From contig NMRA01000806.1 in assembly GCA_002633005.1 (NCBI GenBank), positions 75,987 through 137,728 on the forward strand: 61,742 nt of DNA, in the 5' to 3' direction. Under the pieces are notes generated by a model. It had not been told where the DNA came from. It was given only the letters and a program-made list of their open reading frames with translations, and searched no databases. The DNA is from Phoronis australis (Eukaryota > Animalia > Phoronida). Shown here in pieces: positions 51,101-61,742 of the stretch (positions are counted from its first letter, which is position 1; the number at the start of each line of letters is the position of its first letter). Position numbers and translations under genes: made by a program.

Positions 51101-54100
51101 GAGAACGTTGTTGCTCTTCACTTTCTCGTGGGACATCAGAAAAGCGCAGATGCGGCGCACGTTTCTTGTAGAAACTTGTGCCTTTGGTGAACATGACATT
51201 CTGGCGCTGGGTGAGATCATACGTCACACTCATGTCCGTGAAGTTAAAAATTTTCGATTAAAGTAGCCTTTCTACAATTTTCTTCTTTTGGGAAATTGAA
51301 TTCACTGTTGTGATGGCCAGTGCTCTGAATGAAGGCTTAATGGTGCTAACAATAATTATACAGTAGTCACTTATCAAAAAAAGTAATTGGTCTTAAGCAC
51401 TTCAAGACATCTTAAATGAACAAGTGTTACCTCATGATGCAGAATTGATCATAAACTGATCGGCAAATGTACATGTATCTTGTATGGTGACAAAAACAAT
51501 TTCCCAATACACTGATGTTACAATCTCTATTGCTTACATTTACACTTGTTGATTGTCGGTGACTTCCCTTCCCTCGTAGTTGTCAACGACAATCCAAGAC
51601 TACAAAGCCGTAAAAGTAATGCCACAAACGATTCCAATTTCTTATGGGAATTGAACTTGAATTATAAACTTCCGAGTGCATTTTTGAAATTTGCCGTGGC
51701 TTCTGTCTCCGACAAATTTGGCTTGATCCATGTAACGTTATAAATAGGTCTCGACTTATTCCTTAATCAACTTAGACGCGATCTCTCGGCTCTAGAAGAA
51801 CTGGCCGATAAGAGACCTGGATGCATATGGCTTCAGACAGGGCTTAATAAGTTTTACGGCATGGAGGTCTCAGTTTCAGTGACAGGAAGTTCGAGCTGCT
51901 GACCCTTTGCCAATTATTGTAACAGGTTTTGCTTCTTTCAACAAGAAGGCAAGAACGTTTTATTGGAAACACAATAATACTTTGGAAGGGAATTATCTTC
52001 GACTCGAGAAGATGGTTTATATTTTAAAGAACTGCGTTTACGTGGTATGGAGAGTCAAAGCAAAAGAGCCACAACTATTCTTCATACTTTTCGTTGGAAT
52101 TTTCGCGTTTTTATTCAGTGACCCAACGATGAACTTCAAAATAAAATATTTTCTTAAACTTTACAGCTCCACCAACAGTGTTGCCGCCGTATGAGAAAAC
52201 GTACGATCCGTATAAAAAGACAAGTAAGGAATTTTTCATTGTCTCTACTAAGCTTATTTCATGTTTGAACATAACAACAATTCTTCCACAGCACACTGCC
52301 ACATAATGCGCATGCTTGCTAGAAAATCCACAGCAGTATCGGCCATGCTCATTCGATGCGACATTTCTCTATTTCCGTGTGACGTTATCATGTACATAAC
52401 TACATACATGTATAGTATTCAAAGCATTTGCAACATTCATGCATATTCCGGTTTTTCTTATTTTGGAGTAAATTGAATTACTTAGGCTATCTCGTCAAAC
52501 TGTGCGGCTATTTAGATATGTACTGATATCTTGGCAATCGCTTCCTTCGCATCTCCCGTTCCATGTGTTCAAAATGCGTTAAAAAACAACCAAACACAGC
52601 ATTAACTATCCTCCTTGGTTTGTGTGAAATGTTGCCAGGTATTCCTACTTCATTTTCCGTAGTTTATGGCATAAGGAAGAATGATGAGGAGTTGCGTTTG
52701 TGGTGGTTGTCACAAGTCAGTCTTTGAGCACGTTGTGGCTCTTCACTTTCTCGTGGGACATCAGAAAAGCGCAGATGCGGCGCACGTTTCTTTTAGAAAC
52801 TTGTGCCTTTGGTGAACATGACATTCTGGCGCTGGGTGAGATCATACGTCACACTCATGTCCGTGAAGTTAAAAATTTTCGATTAAAGTCGCCTTTCTAC
52901 TATTTTCTTCTTTTGGGAAATTAAATTCACTGTTGTGATGTCCAGTGCTCTGAATGAAGGTTTAATGGTGCTAACAATAATAATACAGTAGACACTTGTC
53001 AAAACAAAGGAATTGGTCTTAAGCACTTTAAGACATCTTAAATGAACAAGTGTTACCTCATGATGCAGAATTGATCATAAACTGATCGGCAAATGTACAT
53101 GTATCTTGTATGGTGACAAAAACAATTTCCCAATACACTGATGTTACAATCTCTATTGCTTACATTTACACTTGTTGATTGTCGGTGACTTCCCTTCCCT
53201 CGTAGTTGTCAACGACAATCCAAGACTACAAAGCCGTAAAAATAATGCCACAAACGATTCCATTTTCTTATGGGAATTGAACTTGAATTATAAACTTCCG
53301 AGTGCAGTTTTGAAATTTGCCGTGGCTTCTGTCTCCGACAAATTTGGCTTGATCCATGTTACGTTATAAATAGGTCTCGACTTATTCCTTAATCAACTTA
53401 GACGCGATCTCTCGGCTCTAGAAGAACTGGCCGATAAGAGACCTGGATGCATATGGCTTCAGACAGGGCTTAATAAATTTTACGGTATGGAGGTCTCAGT
53501 TCAGTGACCGGAAGTTCGAGCTGCTGACCCTTTGCCAATTATTGTTTGCTTCTTTCAACAAGAAGGCAAGAACGTTGTATTGGAAACACAATAATACTTT
53601 GGAAGGGAGTTATCTTCGACTCGAGAAGATGGTTTATATTTTAAACAACTGCGTTTACCTGGTATGGAGAGTCAACGCGAAAGTGCCACACAACTATTCT
53701 TCATACTTTTCGTTGGAATTTTTGCGTTCCTATTCAGTGACCCAACGATGAACTTCAAAATAAAATATTTTCTTAAACTTTACAGCTCCACCAACAGTGT
53801 TGCCGCCGTATGAGAAAACGTACGAGTGGTGTAAAAAGACAAGTAAGATTTTTTTTCATTTATCTCTACTCTGTTTATTTCATGTTTGAACATAACAACA
53901 ATCCTTCCACAGCACGCTGCCACTTAATGCGCACGCATGCTAGAAAATCCACAGCATTATCGGCCATGCCCATTTGATACGAACTTTGTCTATTTCTGTG
54001 TGACGTTATCATGTACGTTACTATACACATGTGTAGTATTTAAAGTTTTTGCAAAATATTTGCCGGGTTTTCCTTCTTTTTAATTACTTAGACTATCCCG

Positions 54101-57100
54101 TCAAATTCCGAAGCTATAGGTACTGTTATATTGGCAATTGTCTCCATCGCATCTCTCGTCCAATGTGTTCAAAATGCGTCAAAAATCGTCGAGTTTGCAC
54201 ATTTTGAACTAAAATCGGTGCTCAAGGCCACTGCACTCATTGGCTTGACTACTCAGTTAAGCTGGAACTATGACCGCACGTTGTCTCAAGATTACATGTA
54301 GGTATGCGTCACCTCAGCCCTTTAGAATAACTCAATTCATCTCAACTGTAAGTAAAAAAGGGCTTTGTAAACATTTAAATGTGAACAAGTTCATTTGTAA
54401 CACGATACATTAATCGGTTGTGATTCTTACAAACGCCAATAAAACGTGGGACTCACTCACTCGCTAAATTTGTCATTGAACCACAGAGCATGTCGAAAAT
54501 ATGTACAGAGACACATTCGGTAGTACTCTCACTCTTGGGGTGAGACTTCTTATTGATGGGATCAAAAACAATGAGCATTGTGACTTACAAGATTATGTTC
54601 ATGGGTCTGTGGTATACTCGAAATCGAATTCAAACTTATTTTGGCATTTTCCGTTCTACGTTTGTCCGAGATCAAGATAAGTGTCTACTGTTCATTGTTT
54701 GAGCACACTATGATTTATTTCTGTGAGTTTCTACCATTCCAAGTTCACACATGATGACTACAAGATTTCATTGAGCGACAAAATTGAGACGAAATCTCGA
54801 TTTTTCTAATAAAAACGCATCTTTCTTAAGCCATAGTACATTTAATGTATTCTAGAGTAGACTAGTAGATTCTTACTCTCAGTTTCCACAAAAGCAAAAC
54901 AGACAATGCAAACATACAATGTACCTTGGATTTCGAGTACAGGGATTAGACTTCGAGACCAGGACCTGGCAGCAGACCCACGGTATCCACCAGAAAATTT
55001 TAAAACTTGGGTAACATCGTTGCACATTCCTGTTTACGAACCACTGAATTAATGTTTCAAATAAACTGCAAACAACATTAAAAATGGCAGATATTGTGGT
55101 AGAAGTTTGATGTTTTACTGCTTTTTAAATGTTTAAACGTTTTCTTCGGGCACAACAACAACATTGTCAGCTAAGAACCTGTATTGGAGACACAAGTCAC
55201 ACTTACGTTAGTGAATAGCTGACATTCCTGGATTTATACAGAGGCAAAGTAGCCATTACTCGGGACTGCCCCTCCAAGATAGGACTCAGTATGAAAGATA
55301 ATTTCTTAACGTGGGGTAACATATCATAAAATAAACTGAAACAATAACAGTTACGTGTGAATATATCTTCGGTTGACCCTCCATCATATACATCGAAAGA
55401 ATGTACAATTTCACAAAAGTAAGAAAAGAATGTCCTTTAGTTCTATCGTCGGGTTCCTTTTCGTGAGTGGGAAAGGAATCCTAAAGTCCCCTCTTAGGGC
55501 TGAGGTTTCTAAATATGAAACGACCATATAATTTCAAGAACAGGAAACGGTCAAAATTTCATGCTATCATCAGGGCTCCACTCCGTCAGGTTCAAAATTA
55601 CAGCAAAAACAGATTAACGGAAGAAAGAGAGAGACGGATGACCAGCTCGAATTGTGGCCACTAATGATTTACGATGTGCCACCTGACTGTCAACAATGAG
55701 GATGGAGAGAGAACATTAGAGCAAGACGATTAGGAGTAAAAGGAATTTCAACAACAGGGATTGTGTTCTACAGGCTCTACACTCCAGTCACTGGTGAAAG
55801 AATACAAATTGGGAAAGGTGTGTAGAGATGAGAAGATCAGATCCCGAAAGCCTAAGCCAAAGTTGCTACATGAAGAAAGTGGTGAGCAGCTGAGAAAGTA
55901 GATCTAGCCAAGAACAGACTTATATGTAGACACAGTGACGTGGTGGGTGCACTAGCGACAGGTCGTCAAGGACTTGGACCGCAAGGGGCTGTCAAGTGCG
56001 AAGGAGAAGCGAGGAAGGTGAGACAGTAAGTAGGAGCTATGGAGAAAGAGGACAGATTCGTGAAATCGAGAATGAAACAGCAGTGTACGACGTACTACCA
56101 AGTCTAACAAAGCTGTGTACATGGGGGTTGCAGGGGATCCCTTTTGTGGGTTATGCAAAGCACCAATAAATTTGGAGCATGTGTTGCCGTGACGTTCAGC
56201 GGCTCTTGCAGGAGGACGGTACACTACGAGACACGACATGATCTTAGAAGCAGTAACAGAACCCTTGGAGAATAAGCTGAAGAAGGGCCGGGGGGGAGTG
56301 ACGAGAGGCCAAAGTTCAACGGGTTATTACGCAAAGGAGGTGACACTGAGAAAGAACATGAGAGAAACAATACTTTGGATACGGCAGGAGATTGAAAGTT
56401 AACAGTGAACTTTCATTAGCGATTGCATTTTCCTTCTGAAGATAATATCGCAGTGCTACTGGAAAATAGAAATGCTGCGTGGAAAAGGAAAGGTGCCGTA
56501 TTCTTGAAACTGATGGAGGGAAGTAGTCGAAGGAAGCAAATGCCAATCGAAAAAACAAACATAGCCGTAGGTTTCGAAATTAAAAGCAATATTGGAATCA
56601 TGAACTCTAGGAAAGTTGAGACGAGATGCACTACAGAGAAAAAAATATTCCTAAAGCGTAGGAGTAACCCTATATCAAGATTGTTGTCAGAATTTGAACT
56701 GCCCAAACAGCATTCGATAGATTGGGAGAGAAAATTTAGAAGGCACAAGATCTTAAACATTGAAAATGTTAATGTAACCAACTCCAACTTTGGCAAACAA
56801 TAAAAAAACTTGGCACTCACCAAGAAAACATAATTCCATGTCAGGTTAAAATTCCTGATGTGCTGGGCCAGGATATGAATGCGATTCTGAGTAAGTGGGA
56901 ATCCGATTTCAATCATGTGTACTAAACCATTAGATTAAGAACTGGACTCTGATCAATTGTTTTTTCAATGATATGCTTTTATTAAATACAGGCCTGGAAA
57001 ATACCGAAAATGATATCATATTATATATGAATTACAAGCTCTAAACAAGTGTAGCACATTTCAGTAACTGTCCTCCATTACTAAGTCTTGAAACAGATAT

Positions 57101-59609
57101 TTGAGATCATCATCAGCAGCAGTAGCCTTCAACTCGGTTTGCATATTGGTTGACCTGTTTTACAATGTGAATAGTTAGGCCTACGTTCAAAACGAAAAAG
57201 GTTGTGTATTGCGTCTACGTGCGCCTGTGCCCCAGTTGCACTGCAACTTACGGTACGTAGACGCTACGTTAACTGTGAAAAGGTGGAGTACTGCGTCTAC
57301 GTTTGTCTGCACCCCACTAGACCACTGGTTTCACAATAAACAAAATGATTCTCAATTGAAGTCGCGTATTTGTCAGAATACATGAATATGGTAATTAAAA
57401 AAGTTGCCATAGATGTGCTCTCTTATTTCTTACCAAAACGAGATCGACCTACTTGATATACCTCAAATACAGTTTCACATCCCTCGCCTATCGATCGATT
57501 TAGCAGGCCTGTAGTTTGGTACAAGAGGGAGTGAGTCACATACTAGTTGCTCTTTGCCGATGTTTTCCCGCCCCCACCNNNNNNNNNNNNNNNNNNNNNN
57601 NNCCAACAGCCATGCGTACTTTGCTACTTTAGTGGAAAACCCAGAGGGCAGCCACCACCAACTCGGTTACTTATCAGTATCAACAGAATTTCGTGAGAAT
57701 GGGTCACTTTTTAGACCTGAGTGCGTTGCGCGGTTAGGGTATGATTCTGGCATTTAATGTCTTTTTATGAGAGTACCAGAAAGATGTAATACCAAAATCA
57801 TTACTTAGGGGGGGATAAAAATAAACTTTTAGCCAGAAACTCCTGTCTCGTGTTGCAAAATATAGAAAAATACAAAGAGAATAACAGCACCATCTTGGAT
57901 TAAGTAGATTGAACAATATATCGGAAACATCGGTTGTAGGTATGTACATGTAGTTGTGTCTATTTTCAAGATTCATCTTATTAGGGCAAACTTAGAGGAA
58001 AACGCACTTTATTACAGTCATCTTTCTAAGGGGCACCCTTTGAAAGAGTGTGGTTATGGGGTCCTTGGTACATTACTGTTTCAACTCATTTGTTGAAAAT
58101 GTGTTCTCGAATTTCCGTGGCTGCCACCTGGGGGGAGGCCAAACAATTTTGAACTGTTCAAATTTCATCGTCCTATGTCATTCCTATTTCTTAGAGCGTC
58201 ATTTAAATACTTACAGTGGTACTTTGTAGCGGATATCAGTAAGTGACGAAAGTTTTGCTGATTTGATGTTACATGTTGTTCCTTATACTAAGGTCCGCTG
58301 CAAGTAAGAAGCTTCTTCATACGCTAACACTTCGCTATGTCTGAATACAAGAACTGCTTATCTTTCAGTAACTCCTGTAGGTGGCACGGTGGAAGAAACG
58401 TCTGGTATTAACGTTAAAAAGAGTCTTGACAATGATTTAGAGGTCTCTTACATCACATGCTCCGGCAATTCCTCGGACCGTTATCACCTCACCGTTGTCT
58501 ATAGCTGTGCCCTCGTTGACCACAACAAACAGTTTATTTGGTCGGATCTCTTTTGTATTCGTAAGTTCCACAGTTCTATATTTGAAAAGTAGGGAAATTT
58601 CAAAGCATTGGGCTCTCAAGCAAATAAGTTACTCGGGCACATCAAATTCTTTGAAAACCAGATCCTGTGTATCATAAGAATCCATAGTACTATTGAGTCC
58701 CGCCTCCCGCTCAGTAACGCTAGGACCTCGCTAAAAAGCAAGACTTCGCGAGATTACGTGAGATATTGCCGTGTATTTTAAATGAGAACGACGTGACCTT
58801 GACTAGACTTTAGCTAGGTCCTAGCGTAGGTCCTAGCGTCTACTGAACGCACGCCCGATTGCAACGTGGAACCAGCTTACGAGTACATGTAGCCTACTTT
58901 CAGTTGTTGCTCTCGGCGCATAAAATTACATATGTTTCAACCCTCTGTGCATGGTTTAATACAATAAAGAACCGTCACCAAAGACAGTTTTAAGTTCACT
59001 TCTCTTTACTGTCAGATCGTCCCAAGTTCAATTGTGAGAGAAGTACAAGATGGGATCAAGTTCATAACCGAAAAAGGTATTCTCGTGTTGTTTAAACGGC
59101 TTCCTTTACTGATTTTAGCAAGACCCAGGCGCAAGCGGCCTCCTGTTGTTCGTCCGATTTACAACAGGCCGCAAAGGACACCAGAAGAGGCTCCATACGC
59201 CCATGTCGTTGGCGGTTCCCAACTACTTATCGTTGGTGTGCTCGTGGGTATCGTCGTAATCCTTGATCTAGCAACGATTGGAAAACACTTGCAAATAATT
59301 CGCCATAATCTTCTTGGATTGAAACAGAAGAAGTGTTTACGACGCTCTCAGAAAAAAGTGAGACGAAAAAGGAAGAAGCCGCGAAACGAGAAAAGATGCG
59401 CCGCGTTGCCCAATATTGTTAGGCGTAGGAAAGGCTCCAAATCGTTATGTTTTGAAGAAATTCCTGCATTTCTCGACCGCTACAGGCTCCTCGATTCTTT
59501 GAAAAAACGCCACCTGGTGATCCAAGTCCAACCTGCGCCTCCGGAGGGTATTTCTGATATTCGTAAGAAATGTTATCATCCTCCCAGCAAATCCCTCCCA
59601 CGTCCATGA
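33117..59609 (+). CDS. Sushi/CCP-repeat and SUEL-like lectin domain type I membrane protein (whole spliced gene, ~808 aa if all 14 exons are included)
   Basis: Fourteen exons, all introns phase 1 and GT-AG, summing to 2427 nt in one open frame from a signal peptide through a TM segment to TGA. CCP pattern C-x-P-P...Y/F-x-C...G...C...G-x-W-S...C. Confidence 0.8.
35458..35625 (+). CDS. CCP domain exon (TACDSPQIENG...ITCNEKY...ITCNNVTGRWPDRVFC)
   Basis: 4 Cys + Trp CCP pattern; tttgaag acceptor, gtgagt donor, 168 nt, phase 1-1. Confidence 0.85.
36603..36875 (+). CDS. SUEL/Gal-lectin-like domain exon (INC...ISVISAF...TC...RC...LC...DTICHG...LRLQYIC)
   Basis: Cys spacing, I-x-V-x-S-A and L-x-L-x-Y-x-C resemble the SUEL fold; gtcag acceptor, gtgggt donor, 273 nt, phase 1-1. 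Confidence 0.72.
38107..38298 (+). CDS. CCP domain exon (ICPPPSVRHG...FSCSQGYKLYG...CEVSGSWSTLPTC)
   Basis: Canonical Sushi pattern; ttttctggcag acceptor, gtaagt donor, 192 nt, phase 1-1. Confidence 0.9.
39921..40094 (+). CDS. Tandem CCP exon copy 1 (IDCQSPPPVPNT...YTCRQPGHVIRG...CQTNGNWSKVEDCQ)
   Basis: ttccag acceptor, gtaagc donor, 174 nt, phase 1-1, open. Confidence 0.85.
40847..41020 (+). CDS. Tandem CCP exon copy 2
   Basis: As copy 1; splice sites and frame intact. Confidence 0.85.
41766..41939 (+). CDS. Tandem CCP exon copy 3
   Basis: As copy 1; splice sites and frame intact. Confidence 0.85.
42104..42381. mobile_element. ~280-bp insertion in array units 3-4 (second copy ~43463-43740)
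   Basis: Absent from the 920-bp units (cctatc|gtacatg); weak CAT...ATG inverted ends. Confidence 0.6.
42668..42821 (-). mobile_element. MITE family A, 154 bp
   Basis: TIR cagtggcgga/tccgcccctg; TSD tttgg; empty site ctcagtgctttggcaatgag visible in another array unit (~45091). Confidence 0.9.
43125..43298 (+). CDS. Tandem CCP exon copy 4
   Basis: As copy 1; splice sites and frame intact. Confidence 0.85.
44027..44180 (-). mobile_element. MITE family A, 154 bp (copied with the repeat unit)
   Basis: Same position in the unit and same TSD as the 42668 copy. Confidence 0.9.
44484..44657 (+). CDS. Tandem CCP exon copy 5
   Basis: As copy 1; splice sites and frame intact. Confidence 0.85.
45402..45421 (+). 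pseudogene. Truncated CCP exon copy 6
   Basis: ttccag TG ATC GAC TGT TAA: in-frame stop, then homology to the repeat unit ends abruptly. Confidence 0.75.
49516..49690 (+). pseudogene. Dead CCP exon copy 7
   Basis: Clearly homologous to copies 1-5, but the acceptor is ttccaa instead of ttccag, there is an in-frame TAA (TGC AAA TAA), and the donor is lost. Confidence 0.8.
50294..50463. mobile_element. MITE family B (CATGCGCGC...GCGTGCATG), 170 bp
   Basis: TIRs; TSD ttttc on both sides; empty site (cttttcgttgg) in the other two 1.6-kb units. Confidence 0.85.
50541..50597 (+). CDS. 57-nt micro-exon copy A (PPTVLPPYEKTYDPYKKT)
   Basis: ttttacag acceptor, gtaagg donor, phase 1-1. Confidence 0.7.
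52167..52223 (+). CDS. 57-nt micro-exon copy B (PPTVLPPYEKTYDPYKKT)
   Basis: tttacag acceptor, gtaagg donor, phase 1-1. Confidence 0.7.
53786..53842 (+). CDS. 57-nt micro-exon copy C (PPTVLPPYEKTYEWCKKT)
   Basis: tttacag acceptor, gtaaga donor, phase 1-1. Confidence 0.75.
55470..56290 (+). mobile_element. Degenerate RLE-type non-LTR retrotransposon (HERO/NeSL/R4-like) 3' part
   Basis: Frameshifted fragments LWPLMIYDVP (55652), SLVKEYKLGK, RHSDVVGALATGRQGLG (55928), AVYDVLPSLTKLCTWG (56080), CGLCKAPINLEHVL..AL.GGRYTTRHDMIL, in the order typical of this clade. Confidence 0.78.
57579..57602. other. Assembly gap (24 N)
   Basis: N run; single Ns also at 20945, 29228, 29688 and 34428. Confidence 0.99.
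58369..58560 (+). CDS. Divergent CCP-like exon (TPVGG...YITC...YSC...FIWSDLFCI)
   Basis: tctttcag acceptor (alternative in-phase start at 58381), gtaagt donor, 192 nt, phase 1-1; 3 Cys + Trp. Confidence 0.7.
58700..58858. mobile_element. Short inverted-repeat (MITE-like) element in the last intron
   Basis: cgctcagtaacgctaggacct pairs with aggtcctagcgtctactgaacg. Confidence 0.55.
59119..59609 (+). CDS. Terminal exon: stalk, TM (VVGGSQLLIVGVLVGIVVILDL) and basic cytoplasmic tail
   Basis: gattttag acceptor in phase 1 within the 59034-59609 ORF; ~22-aa hydrophobic run followed by a K/R-rich tail; TGA at 59607. Confidence 0.8.
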
Positions 59610-61742
59610 GCGGTTTTCACCACGATATTACAGGGCAGAGATTACGAGCAAAACTTTTGATTAGGTCTAGTATTACTGACGTAGTAGCAACATGCTAAAG
59701 AGGTGGTAAAGTGTTTTCCAGACCCTTCTCTTCCCGCATATTATTCTACTACACAGGACAACAATTTGAACAACACATTTAGATCTTGACGAAAAAAGTA
59801 AATAAGTTCAATTTTAGCTGCTGTAGACTAACCAAGGTTTCCGTTTCAATTAGAACGGTTCCCCATCAAGTTGGGAAATGCAAGTAGATTACAAAAAATG
59901 ATACATTGTGCTCACGACTATAGGCGTGGTATTGGATATGACTTGCTTGCGTTTTGCGTCTAATGTCAATTCCCCGTTACGTAACAAAGGTGTCTACTAC
60001 AATTTGTCTCCTGTCTGCAGCTATGTATGGCGAATGCTTTAATGGTTATTCTAGGAATGAACTTTGACGACATTATAACTTCTGTGACTTATTGGTCAAA
60101 AGATAGCTTGTTATTACATGTTATTTCTCTTTTCATTTTTAACGGCAGATTCTGGCTGTGGAAATTACATATTTTTACCTTCCTAGTACCAAAATATAAG
60201 CCCTTCGTACTTTCGCGGGAAAGAGAATCGCCAGCGACATCGACATCATATATTAGGACTAATATGAGTAATTAAGAGAATTTATGGTACCAACGGTTAT
60301 TTCACAGATAAGTAAAAACATGTTGAAGTGAACTGTTTCTTGTTACTTATAAAACCTTTTTTTGTTTGACAACTCGATAACGCTGTTCATTTTGGGAATA
60401 ATACAAACCGGAAATTATAATTGTCCTTGTGTAAGCCCATGGGCCTTTATTTTGCAGAAATTCTTGGTATTTAATAATCGCAAATGGTATTTACGCACCT
60501 CCTTTTGATAAAGTCCATACCACGGCGTACATTGTTGCACAGGTATGTCTCGCCGTGTTCCACGGGGAACATTGTTTGTGTTAGCGTATACACATAAAAT
60601 CCGTCAGTTTTCAGATGAAAACATGAGGTTATACATGTTATGTGATCCTTCGCGTATTGGACTTAATGTTTATCTTTTATTGTAAACATTTAAAGCTGCA
60701 CTCGCCCTGTTTAACTGGTTAAAACGAAAATTCTGTTAGGCCTATAACTCGGCTCATAACATCGGCCTCGTAGCATCACTTACAGTGACAAGATTCTATT
60801 TTTGTTACTAACTAAAAATCAGAAGCAATCTATACATGCGTTATTTTTGAATTCGCACACATTTACAAGTAGGTGCATATTGCCGTCATCTCTGTCTGGG
60901 CGTTCGTCGTCCGCCACTCGCGGCTGTATTTCCTTAAGCACTCGCAGGATCTTATTGAAATTTGGCAGGTGTGTACCTATGTAGTTGACGACAGATGAGG
61001 ACGAGTTACGGACTAACCCGAATGCCGCTGTGTCCTCTAGTGGCAATTTTATTTTTTATTACGTTTGTCTCTGTATCTTTGGAGTTCCTAGACGGATTTT
61101 CATGTAAGTCGGCAAACAAGTTTTTAACACGCAGGCAATGATGCCATTTCATCATGTTTTCGGACAAATTTGACGAATTTTAGGCCACCTTGTTGACATT
61201 TTTACGTCCGTTTTCTGGCGTCCGCCTCTTTATCTGCCCTACCGCGGTGTCGCCCCTAGTGGTGATTTTTTGCGTCTGAGGCCGATTCTCCTTAACCTTT
61301 GTTTGAAAGATTTGTTCCTGTGGAGCCGACGACAAACGGTAGCAAATGTCGAACCAATCCAAATACCACTGTGCCCCTTGTAGCAAAATGTTGTTTACTT
61401 TTACCTCCTTTTCTTCGGAGTTCGTGAATGTGTTTTCATGGAAATAAGTTTCTATTAACGAGACAACAACACCTTCCCATTTTCGGACAGCTTTGATGTT
61501 TTCTGCGCCACCTGGTGGCCATTTAAAATTTTTCGCGTATGTTTTTTTACATTTGCCTCTATCTGCCACACCACTCAAAGGACCATTGTTAAGATTGACG
61601 GTTGTGTTCCTGATGCCAATGCCGTCGCTGATGTTGATTTTCAGATGTTTTTTTACTATTCTGGGGCCCCTTAAGGGCAATTTGGCTTTTTGCATCTATG
61701 GCTGTACATGTATTGTATCTCCCCTTTGAAGGGTCTTTGCGA

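Larger units (their letters stand above)
50210..54185 (+). repeat. Tandem array of ~1.62-kb units, each carrying one micro-exon
   Basis: Micro-exon spacing 1626 and 1619 bp; near-identical ORF-track translations (51546 vs 53172, 50635 vs 52261). Confidence 0.95.

Noticed and set aside
39340-54185. Regularly spaced repeats as a CRISPR-like or prokaryotic diversity array
   Set aside because: Units are 0.9-1.6 kb duplications of spliceosomal exons plus introns; there is no short repeat/unique spacer structure and no cas-like or RT gene.
56340-56900. Possible L1/Tx1 C-terminal remnant (SIDWERKF...NFGK)
   Set aside because: Similarity too weak to support without a search.

Overview
Eukaryotic (invertebrate animal-like, AT-rich, intron-rich) genomic DNA with two divergently oriented spliced genes separated by about 16 kb of repeat-rich sequence. 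(1) Minus strand, ~1720-16041: an intact class I facilitative sugar transporter (GLUT/SLC2A). I traced 11 exons by hand with GT-AG ends and consistent phases (480 aa); the first coding exon is uncertain. (2) Plus strand, 33117-59609: a predicted type I membrane protein of about 808 aa if all exons are used, with architecture signal peptide - CCP(Sushi) - SUEL-like lectin - CCP - five recently duplicated, glycosylation-rich CCP exons - three duplicated 57-nt Pro-rich micro-exons - CCP-like - TM - basic tail. Every intron is phase 1, and dead CCP pseudo-exons alternate with the live ones. Mobile DNA includes a solo LTR carrying a perfect four-unit heat-shock element inside the GLUT gene, a TSD-flanked L1/Tx1 element whose RT is absent at an N, a HERO-like RLE retrotransposon relic, several MITEs (some with verifiable 5-bp TSDs and empty sites) and simple repeats. 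All calls come from manual reading; no database searches were run.
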